From Selaginella moellendorffii (Eukaryota > Plantae > Lycopodiophyta), in NCBI RefSeq assembly GCF_000143415.4, contig NW_003314301.1, forward strand, positions 1,356,981-1,420,980: DNA of 64,000 bases. The letters are read 5' to 3'. Each line of letters starts with the position of its first letter. The first letter of the stretch is position 1. The notes beneath the pieces were generated by a model. That model was given only the letters and a program-made list of their open reading frames with translations. It did no database searches and was not told the DNA's origin. A program made the translations under genes and the position numbers. This document shows, piece after piece, positions 11,636-22,300 of this stretch.

Positions 11636-11910
11636 TGCAGCAAGGGCTCGCCTAGGAATAATGAATAATTCTTATGTAGGAATAATGATGAACACGACAA
11701 GCAGTCCGAATTGTGATCAGATCTCTGGTGATTTCCGATTTGATTGAAGTTGTATATATATACAGCCATAAATGAATCAATGTGTGTTGAAGTGAAATCT
11801 GTTGTTCTTACTCCGCTTTTCTTTCTTGGTATCGGAGCTATGGTTGGATGGCCTGTGGTAGGCATGGACTGGCAGGTAGGGATGTGTGGCGTGTTCAGCT
11901 TAGGGGGGAG

Positions 11911-12030
11911 TGTTGGAACTAAGCTGAACATGCACACAACTAGGGCAGGTAGCTCAGTGGTAGAGCACCTGGCACTGGTGTAGGAGGTCCTGGGTTCAAT
12001 CCCTGGCCTGTCCAGATCCATTTTCCAACA
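11911..12030 (+). mobile_element. 120-bp LTR (LTR-B) of a TRIM containing a tRNA-like sequence
   Basis: Perfect terminal repeats TGTTGGAA...TTCCAACA; preceded by PPT aggggggag (11902-11910) and, further upstream, Met-type PBS TGGTATCGGAGCT (11827-11839). Confidence 0.85.
11943..12014 (+). ncRNA. tRNA-like sequence (Pol III A and B boxes; anticodon loop degenerate)
   Basis: Acceptor GGGCAGG/CCTGTCC-A, D arm TAGCTCAGTGGTAGAGC, T arm CTGGG-TTCAATC-CCTGG; the 17-nt anticodon arm lacks U33, so it is probably not a functional tRNA. Confidence 0.8.
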
Positions 12031-14429
12031 GTCAGATCAGCAATGAAACATTGAGGGAAGAGATGCTTGCTGGTGTTGGATGATGTCTGGAAGTTCACCC
12101 ATTTGGATCTGTTTGACGTGGTGCAAGAGAATGGAAGCAAGATCTTCATTACCACTCGACAACGTGATGTACTTGACAGTAGAGGTGCAATCAAAAACGA
12201 GATGGGGCTCTTGGGAAAGGAAGACAGCATGAAGTTGTTCGGAGTCCACGCATTCCCAAACCAAAATCATGCTCCAGTCAGCAAGGAAGTAGTGGAGCAA
12301 GTTGTGGAAAAGTGTGGGGGGCTTCCACTGGTCTTGAAGGTAATCGGCAGAAGAATGGCAGCCACACAAGATTGGGACAATGTTCTGAGCAGACTCAAGG
12401 AACAGCAACTTCTTGCTCTTGATGAGGAACAACAGGTACTGCAGCGACTCAAGCTGGGTTACGATGCATTGTTGCCTCTCAACCAGCAGCACTTTCTCTT
12501 CTTTGCAGCGTTTCCAGAAGACTGCGAGATTGTATTTTGGGAGCTGTACAGGTGTTGGAAGGGGAAGGGCTGGTTGCCAACATAGCAGAGGCCAAGAATG
12601 TTTTAGAAAGGCTCAAGAATCACGCACTTATCACTGAAGAAGAAAAAGACGGGCGAGGGGAAACACTGAAGAGGTACAGGATTCACGATGCGTTGCTGGC
12701 TCTTGCTTTGCACATCCTGGAACAAGAAGGCCCCAGGTGTTATTTCAAGGCTGGGCAGTCGCAGATGAAGGACATGGGGGACGCGTTCACGAGTGACTAC
12801 AACAGGATTTCATTGGCTTGGTGTAGCATTTCGGAAATCCCTCTGCCCAAGAAGAACAGGCTGAGAGTTTCCGACACCACTTGCCTTCTCTTGGATTATA
12901 ATCTCGATCTCACTGCATTGCCAAGCCTCTCTCATTTCAGAAGATTGAAGGTTTTGTGCCTAAGCCACACTGGGGTGGTAAGTTTGCCACATAGCATTGG
13001 ACAGCTCAAGACTCTAGAGGCTCTGGATTTTTCTTGGGATGTGTCACTCGAAAGCATCCCAGATTCACTGGGCAACTTGACGAATTTATCATATTTGAAC
13101 TTGGCCGACTGTCGGCGACTCAAGTCTTTCCCCGTGGATGCTTTGCTCAAACTCACCAAGCTGGTCTACTTAAACGGAAAGAGATGTCACGGAATGTGGA
13201 CGTGCCACAGGCCGCATCATCGGCTTTTCGAACAGAAGAAATGCTTAAACAGGAGGTTTGGAAGACTCTATCTGGATGGGATGTTTCAGGCGTTGACAGA
13301 GTTGGAGGTGTTGATTATTGATACAGCGTTGCCTGTGGATATACCAGTAAGCATAGGCAAACTGACCCATTTGAAACAGTTGGAAATACGAAGTTGGCAG
13401 GTGGGAACATGTGATAGCTTTCAAGGCTTGCCCAACCTTGACATCTTGAGACTGGAGGGATTGGAGCTTCCATTGACCTGGGACTGGAGCAAATGTGTGA
13501 GGTTGAGAACTTTGGAAGTGAGACGTTTTGGGCAAAGTGACTTTAAAGTAATATCCAGCATGGAGAACTTGCAAGAATTGCATATTGATGGCAATCTTGA
13601 AGGGCTTCCTTTCTTAACACAGAAAATGATTCCCATGCTGATAAGCCTCTCCCTCAGTAATTGTAAAAGCTTGATTGGGGTGCCCACCATCTCTCAACTG
13701 GCATCACTCAAGGTCCTCAACATCGACACCTGTCCCTCCTTGAAGGACCTCTCCATCTCGTTCCTTCCAAATCTAGAGACAGTTACTCTAGGTTTCTGCA
13801 ACGAAGTGACCACCATCAACATATCCGAGTGCCCATCACTGAGAGTTGTTCGAATCGAGTACTTTCCCATGCTTGCCTGTGTCACATTCGGTGGCAAGTT
13901 CCCACGACTTGAAGGAATAATCCTTGGTGGATTTGAACAGCTTCCAGATGTCTCTCTAGGTGCCATGGATGCGTTCCCACAGCTGACACGGCTGGAAATA
14001 GCGAGATGTGGTACTGACCAACTACCAGAATGGTTCACATCACTCACAACGTTGAGAACTCTGGAATTAAGGTATTTGGAGAACTTGAATGTGATACCTG
14101 ATGGTGTTGCAAGGCTTCCTCTGCTAAGGGTGCTTCATCTGGGAGGTTGCAAGAAGATGAACATGTTACCCTTTGCAGATTCTGAGGACAGCTCTTTCTA
14201 TCCATCCCTGGAGTACTTATGCTTGACAGACACATCCGTCTCTCAAGAGCACCTCTCGCAACGCCTCTTGCAAAGTTTTAATGGGCTGCAATAACCAAAT
14301 CGCAACAATGAAACTTTGGAACAACGTTTCGCAAATCTCCTAAGGGTAACAATCTGCAAAGAGTCATGTTCCATGATTAGTGTCAAGCGAGGCTGTTCTT
14401 TTCCCACCGCCACAAATTCAAACTTTGGT

Positions 14430-14745
14430 ACCACCCAGACACACTCTTGGCCCGGCCTGAAACACTGGAAACCGTGACGAACTCACCATCTTGGATCCAT
14501 CTCTGGCTTAAACTCGAGGCAATCCTTCCCAAACATTCCCCTTTTCCGTCTGGGAGTTCTTCATGGCTGTAGTATCATATGGAACTGGAAGATAAGAGCT
14601 GCTTGCGAGTAGAGCTGTCGTAAGAGAATTTACCTTCGCCAGTATACTTCCACTCGTCTGATAATTTATTTTTGACCTCAGGTTGAAAAGAACCAGGAGC
14701 AGCGGTGTCCTTCCCCGCCAGCACGAATGTCTCTGAGAGGTTTTA
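14430..14745 (-). pseudogene. Cytochrome P450 (CYP86 clan, CYP94-like) relic
   Basis: Collinear fragments across frameshifts: FVLAGKDT..WFF, PVPYDT, LPDG, GKDCLEFKPE-W, FPVFQAGPRVCLG (heme motif). Confidence 0.8.
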
Positions 14746-17089
14746 TTCACTGAAAGAGCAAGTCGAAAGCGTGAATTCTTACAACTGGAGTTTCTTGCGT
14801 GTCACAGCTTTACATGAGATGAAATATGAGTCAAGACGGCAAATAGCAATGACAAGCTACTGTTTTATCTGCTGGAAACCTAGTGATATCCACGCAGGTG
14901 TTCCAGATCCGGTAGCTCAGCTTCCAGATTTGCAGCCACTGAGCACGCGGGTAGAATGCACAATACAGCACCCCCCTTTATTTAGGGTGAGCGATTTGCA
15001 TGCCACCTCATTGCTTACATAGGTATGCCTATTTCTCATCACGTAGTTTATATACTATTCACTGGCTAATTATAAAATTATAGTTGTTAACATATGAGTT
15101 AAAACACCTACTAATTAAAATTTAACGTTACTAGATTAGAGTTAGTCGTTAAACATTTAGGGTGCAGAGCTGGGCGAGGAAATGAGGAGTGAGCATGGCA
15201 GAGGCAGCCATGTAAGAGAAGGATGCTGTATTGTGCATTTCTCCCGAGTATGGAGAAGCCTACTCAATGTTGCAAATGAGGCACTCGATTCGCCGTGGCG
15301 GATTCACAGTAGCCACACTGCCAATCCCTGGATCACTAAGTACCTCCAAGATGAGCATCGTGAGAGCAAGCGATTGCCAGGTCCACGCTTGTTCAGTGAA
15401 GCCTTAGAAGATTTTCCCGCCAAAACTCTTTGCTATGGCTCTTGGAAGGTATGGAATCTCCCTTAAGATATGGGAGCCAAAAACATACTGGAGAACAAAT
15501 GGCTTGGCTGTGGCATATGACAAGGATTATTTAACTTAGCAATAGCAGGTGAGTGTTTGAAAACTTCTTAAATTTTTTTTCACTTATTGGATGCCGTTCT
15601 TTTTCAGTACCTTGCTTTTGCAATTCAAACTATACCTACACAGTCAACAGTTGAATTCCTGGTGATAAGAAGTAAAAGTGCTTCTTCCATCATTTGTATA
15701 TATCGGCTGGGATCCTTGTTTTCTACACAAACATCAGTCTTATATCACCTTACAATTTAGATGTTATGCCATTATCACAATTACAAGGGCAATTGGAGTT
15801 TCCATGGTTTTATACACCATCCCCATAATTGAGTGAGAAAACAAAGAGAGTGATATTTATAGCTTTTCTCTTCTTTCAAATCCTTTTGTATTTCTCCCTC
15901 TCCAAAAGAATTCATTTTGGACAAAAACACTAGAATACTATTTGATTAAGGAAGAAGTATTCAATAGTAGTTGCAAATGCACTAACAAAAGTTCCACTTT
16001 CAACTTAGTGAGTCAAGTAGTCAAAAACAATAATGACATACTCATTGTTAGTAGTTAATCATGCTCATCAAATTAAATGCCACCAACTCAAACAGATGGG
16101 AAATTGCAATTAACTTTAACCATCCTTCCACAGCACAAGGGGAAGTCTTATGAGTTTAGCACTAATCACAATTATGTATATACTGAATAACATAGAAAGA
16201 CCACCTCCGGCCAATAAAAAGATCTGTGCAACTTCTCTACCACATGACAATATCCTATATGCTTGTCTAGAATAGAAGAATCATGGTACGGATGAAGAAA
16301 GTGTGGAATAAAGATCAAAAGTACTCAGTTATAAATGATTATTAGGATCCTTCCCCACAAAATAAATAAGATAGTTCTTAAAGCGATATTAAGAATGTAA
16401 ATGCCGAAATTGCAAATTATTAGCAAGTGATGCAAAATTTTCAAACCCATCATAAAGACTTTGGATCTACAGTTGAACCTTTTTGAGCCTCACAAACCTC
16501 AACAATAAAAGATAAATCTTACTCTGCACTTTGTGGATATTTAACATCAAGTACAACAAACACCGATAGCATGGAATTCTCATCCAAAAAATCCATAAAT
16601 GCTAACAAGTTTGTAAAAAATATTAAAAGAGAGTGATGAAGGAAGAAGAGTTTTAGAAAGGGCATCAACATTAGTTATAAAATCCCTCGAGCAATAAATA
16701 ACATCAAAATCATATATCTAAAACTTCAAAGCCCACTAAGTAATATGACTAACCAAGTTCTTCCATTTCGATAATAAAATAACAATAGCATGATCACCTT
16801 CTAGCAATGTTTGAGAACCATATAGATATGTATGAAGTTTCTCAAAACCCCAAACTACTGCTAAATTCTTATTCTCTATTATTCACCTCCGTTGGTTGTA
16901 ATGTACAGCAATAGTGAGCTTCCCTGGTATATAGTTGCTAATCAAAACTCAAGAAGAAACTTGTGAAGAGGTTGAGCTTCTTGGGTTGCCCACCTAGAGA
17001 TCTACCCTCCTTGTTAGAGAAATCAAGGTGAGATTCAACTCCAAAGCTCAACCGTACTGATACTAAAGCCAAGTAGTTACTTGTGTCAA

Positions 17090-18060
17090 GTTAGGCATAG
17101 GCCAAAACCATCATAGCCCACGCAATGATGTTGCAGTTCTTTATCTCCTGGCAAACATTCTGAGCATCTTCCAAGCTCCTAGATATGGCATACATGTTGA
17201 TCAACTTGGAAAAGGTCCAAGTCATGTGCATGGCTTAAGCAACCATGAATGTTCTAGCATCTAGCGAGCAGCCTTCTGAAGACATCTGAGCAAACAATGT
17301 CAAGACCATTTCCACTTCTCCATTCTCAACCTACCCAAGAATTAAGGTATTTCACACAACATCATCATGGATAGAAGTCCTCTTGAATAGCCTATGAGCA
17401 TCCACCAGGCTCCCTACATATCCAGCATTGAGTTCTTAATAGAATTCATATCACAGCCACACTTTGCAGCTTCAGCGTCTTCTCCAGCGATACCACTTTC
17501 ATGAGCTTCCCATTGACATGAGTTCTGACTTCTCTCATTGCAAGGCTAGCACAGCCCTTGACTGCTGCTAGGAAAGTTAAGAAGACCTGTCCAGTGCACC
17601 ATTCGTTAATGTCCATAAAGATCTTGAAAGGCTGCATAGCCTTGCATAGCTAAGCATCAAAGCATTCACAGTCACAATGTTATGAACTGGCATACTGCTG
17701 CTTGCATGATCGAGACCCCCACAATTACCAGCAAGCTTGCCAGAAAAATGTCAGTCTCATGCTGATTTCTAGTCTTTTCTTTAAAGCTAAAGCTTTCACC
17801 ACCTTGCCATCAGCTTTGTCCATTCTTCTCAAGCAGCCAGTCTCATGCATGCCTTGGCTTCTATTTGGGAGAAAATGTTGCCGCACTTGATTGCCATGGC
17901 ATAGACGAGCTTTCTTCTTGCGAGCTCTCTCGACCTATTACATTGCTTCAATGCAGTAAGATGCTAATCCGAGCGCTTGCCATGATCCAGGTGTGCCAGA
18001 TTGATGCTCATCATTGCCACATCGTTGTTGTGATCGTACCCTTGAGAGGAAGAGAATCTC
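17090..18060 (-). pseudogene. Degenerate copy of the PPR gene 5' half
   Basis: FKIFMDINEWCTGQVFLTFLAAVKGCASLAMREVRTHVNGKLMKVVSLEK matches the 1791 ORF; many stops and deletions. Confidence 0.85.
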
Positions 18061-18240
18061 AGGGAGAGATGGGCGATAGTCAGTACTCACTTACTACTTT
18101 CAGGTAAATCGAAAGCTTCGCTCTAGCTACTGTTGAGCTGTTGTATGCTCTCACAGCCGTGACTGATAGGCAGGATCAAAGGTAATTTCTCTCTTTCCTA
18201 TGATCTTACCTTGTGGCATTTGCAATGGAGTTGTCATTAG
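18061..18240 (+). pseudogene. 5' fragment of proteasome alpha-2
   Basis: gagatgggcgatagtcagtactcacttactactttcaggtaaatcga matches ~27006-27052, followed by deleted exon 2/3 pieces. Confidence 0.8.
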
Positions 18241-18391
18241 AGTTAGTCTTTGGGACTATTGTGAAAATTTATTCAATATAGATTGGTGCTAGATTGGAAA
18301 TTTGGACACAAGAATAACACTATCATGTTTAGGGCAATTTTTACATTCTGTAGATCTATTAATTAGCAAATTAAATAATTTCCATAAATAG

Positions 18392-19333
18392 NNNNNNNNN
18401 NNNNNNNNNNNNNNNNNNNNNNNNNNNNNNNNNNNNNNNNNNNNNNNNNNNNNNNNNNNNNNNNNNNNNNNNNNNNNNNNNNNNNNNNNNNNNNNNNNNN
18501 NNNNNNNNNNNNNNNNNNNNNNNNNNNNNNNNNNNNNNNNNNNNNNNNNNNNNNNNNNNNNNNNNNNNNNNNNNNNNNNNNNNNNNNNNNNNNNNNNNNN
18601 NNNNNNNNNNNNNNNNNNNNNNNNNNNNNNNNNNNNNNNNNNNNNNNNNNNNNNNNNNNNNNNNNNNNNNNNNNNNNNNNNNNNNNNNNNNNNNNNNNNN
18701 NNNNNNNNNNNNNNNNNNNNNNNNNNNNNNNNNNNNNNNNNNNNNNNNNNNNNNNNNNNNNNNNNNNNNNNNNNNNNNNNNNNNNNNNNNNNNNNNNNNN
18801 NNNNNNNNNNNNNNNNNNNNNNNNNNNNNNNNNNNNNNNNNNNNNNNNNNNNNNNNNNNNNNNNNNNNNNNNNNNNNNNNNNNNNNNNNNNNNNNNNNNN
18901 NNNNNNNNNNNNNNNNNNNNNNNNNNNNNNNNNNNNNNNNNNNNNNNNNNNNNNNNNNNNNNNNNNNNNNNNNNNNNNNNNNNNNNNNNNNNNNNNNNNN
19001 NNNNNNNNNNNNNNNNNNNNNNNNNNNNNNNNNNNNNNNNNNNNNNNNNNNNNNNNNNNNNNNNNNNNNNNNNNNNNNNNNNNNNNNNNNNNNNNNNNNN
19101 NNNNNNNNNNNNNNNNNNNNNNNNNNNNNNNNNNNNNNNNNNNNNNNNNNNNNNNNNNNNNNNNNNNNNNNNNNNNNNNNNNNNNNNNNNNNNNNNNNNN
19201 NNNNNNNNNNNNNNNNNNNNNNNNNNNNNNNNNNNNNNNNNNNNNNNNNNNNNNNNNNNNNNNNNNNNNNNNNNNNNNNNNNNNNNNNNNNNNNNNNNNN
19301 NNNNNNNNNNNNNNNNNNNNNNNNNNNNNNNNN
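18392..19333. other. Assembly gap (942 N)
   Basis: Run of n. Confidence 1.
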
Positions 19334-22300
19334 AATTTACTTGACCAGATCATTTTGACATTGAGTATGTAGTTTTTTATTTATTTATTTTCTTGTTAAT
19401 GATAGCTTATTTATAGTGCCTGTTGTATATGCAAACTAGAAAGTTATAAAAGGATATAAAACTTTTGTAGCTCTTTATTTATTTCTATTAAACCGTTTTG
19501 ATCTTTCCTTGGCCTATTACTAGAAAATCCATGGACTGCAGCTTGGTGCATAATAAACATGAGGAAGTGCACATCCTCTTGTAGAAAGATTTGAGACTTT
19601 GGATGGAAATTCCTGTAAAAGAAGCAAATAATAAAGTTCAACATTCACTATAGATGGGAAGTGATAGAGCATAATAAAATTTAGATTTCCTTCCTTCCCG
19701 TTTAATTGCACATGTGATGATCAATTTCTCAATTAGATTGGGTGAAGATTAATAAAGGGTTTAGCAAGACTGACCTCCCACTATCATAGCAATAATAAAA
19801 GAATGTTCAAAAGAATTTGCCTAAAAGTAATTTTTGATACCTATAGTCATATTTATGACACTCTCCCCTCTTTAATGAAGATCAACATCCTCCTCGATGT
19901 ATATTTTAGTCTAGAGCATTGCCAAATAAACAATTCCAAAAAAAATTCATGGTATTCACACTTTGTAAGAAATGCACAAACTAGGGGGCAATTTCTTTAT
20001 TTAACGCAAATATACTACCACTCAGACACCTTTTGATTGTTATCAACAAGGAAATAACTAACAAAGTTACCCATTTTTCTTACTCTGAATGTTATCCAAG
20101 TTATAAAAGATTATATGTCTTTACTTATAGGTGATATAAAGAGAGAAGCCAAAGCTTCAACCCTCATTCGCAAACAAATCAAATCTAATTTAAATAGATT
20201 ATTGTAAATAAGTAGTTAGAGTTATTTACACAGTTATGCCCTTTTAACAAAATAACAAACATCAAGAGACAGGTGAATAATATGACCAATTGACAATAGC
20301 TACCCCATGATTAAAATTTTTAATATACACATAAAGTGCTAAAACTAGTCTATTTATACTAGCCCAAAGTAGAAGATCAACATATGAACAATATTAAAGT
20401 TATACACAAAGATATTTTAGAGACATTGAATTATCAATAAATAAATATTACATTAAAACATAAGAGTATTGCAATTAAATTACCATCCAAGAACCCAGTA
20501 TAGTAAAGGAACTACTAAGATCATGATAATTGGAAGATATAGGATTAACCATCTAATAAAATTCAATTGCAAATGTACCATAAACTTTTAATTATCAAAG
20601 ATTGCAAATAGTAACTTATAAAAGACAACTAAAAAAATATAAAGTATAATTAATAGATAAAAAAATGCTTTCAAATGTATCACATAAAGAAAATAACATC
20701 TTAATCTATTAGAATAATAATCCATAAAACAGAGTGAATGTCGCAAGGGCCAACAATCACTTGGTCATATGAACTATCACATGAACCAATCTAAATAGAT
20801 CTTGGACAACAACACTAAGGAACTAAAGTTGTTAAAATAAGCATCAACAATATCTTATTGATATCTCAAACCTAAAAGGCCAATCTAAATTAAACCACAA
20901 AGATTATATAATAATACAAAAAGCCAAAATCCATCAAAAAGAACAATTAATTGTCATGAAAAATCATTAATCATCCTATTAATAGAAAGATGCATAATCA
21001 TTATTGAATAAATAATCTACCATCTCAAACAATAACAAATCATTCAAATCAACAATAATTAAACAAAACATTTGAAAAAGATAATCAACTATTCTAGATA
21101 ATAGTCAATCATCATTAATGATTGCCAAATGTAAACATCAACTTCAACATCGAAGCAAATGAGCCAAAATGCTTTCTTTAACAATTCCTAACAAATGGAA
21201 TAATGAGCATGAGAATTCAAAGAACCAAAAGCTTGAAAAAGTATATAACTAAATCTCACCTAATAATGATCATAATTCTCACATGAATTAACTTTAATGC
21301 TAAAAAAGAAATCATAGTATAACCCATAATATCTATATCTATAAGCTAAACTTCATAATATAAAAGCTAATAAAGAACATATTTGCATTAATTCAAAAAC
21401 CAAGTATAACAAAGCTATACTCAATAAGTGACCACTAAATAGATCCTCCATAAATCCACTTTTTATATCAAGGCATAACTCACTTTATAACAAATACAAT
21501 AAGAATTATCAATGATTGATATATCCTTAATTCAAATTCAACAAGGAACTAACAAATTTAATATCGACCACTAACTCTTTTGTTTACAGAATTAGTATAG
21601 TCCATGATTAAATCACTTTTCAAAGAAAAACCAAATCTCATATAGCTAATTTAACTTGCCATTTAGTTTGTTTAAACACCAACAATAATTGCTAACTAGG
21701 AAAATACACAAATGCTAATAACAAAAAGGTACAGTTAACTATCAACACTATCTTTATTAAGATTAGTGGAACGAAATATCAATCTTCATTAAGCATAATT
21801 ACTCACCAATCATATAAACCACAGATGGAAAATTCAATATTTTAAATATATTTGTGAAGACAATATCTCTTCTCACTTCAATCTTAATTTGAATAATACT
21901 AATGTTTCAACATCACTTTGATGCCATCAATACCAAAACAAAGGTAGAAGAAAGTGAGAATGAATCATTAATCAATATTCTATAGCAACCAAGCTAACTA
22001 AGGTCAAAGATACCTTATATAGTATTTGAGATGAATTCTTCAATAATACTAAGCTATAAGTAACACATCATCAAGGAATGAATCACCACATCCAAAATTT
22101 AATGCAATTTAACATTATAAACTAAACACAATTAAACAATATGTTAATATGAAAAAACCATAGAAGCCCAAGAACACAATCCTTCGTAAGACCATCTAGT
22201 AAGCAAGCCTATCATTCCTAAATCATTATGAAGCTAAGCAAGTGTTAATAATCCTTGACAAAGTTTATAAGTAATCACTAGTCACAAAATAACTAACAAT

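Larger units (their letters stand above)
9440..12030. mobile_element. Composite Copia/TRIM retroelement insertion with 5-bp TSD GTCAG
   Basis: GTCAG at 9435-9439 and 12031-12035; excision rejoins NLR sequence (...LRLGGQ/ISNETL...). Contains two 152-bp LTR-A copies in inverted orientation (9440-9591, 11675-11826), a PBS, two PPTs and LTR-B. Confidence 0.9.
8598..14294 (+). pseudogene. RPW8(CCR)-NB-ARC-LRR resistance gene, disrupted
   Basis: RPW8-like N-terminus (LGALVSEAVKEV...CSELEVSL...VEEAKPLVLEC), broken P-loop (GVHGAGG...SLLAK), kinase-2 LLVLDDVW, CGGLPLVL, MHD-like IHD, long LRR. Interrupted by the 9440-12030 insertion and frameshifts near 12055 and 12560. Confidence 0.85.

Noticed and set aside
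9440-11826. DNA transposon with 152-bp TIRs
   Set aside because: The repeats adjoin a PPT and a PBS, and the TSD lies beyond 12030, so they behave as LTRs.
11943-12014. Functional tRNA-Gln(CTG) gene or SINE
   Set aside because: The anticodon loop lacks U33 and the stem is mismatched; it lies inside LTR termini with no SINE-like tail.
15182-15760. Possible F-box or other gene relic
   Set aside because: Only a WRSLL-like word and one intron-like segment; not enough to assign.
18289-19353. 354-aa ORF
   Set aside because: Artefact of the N gap.
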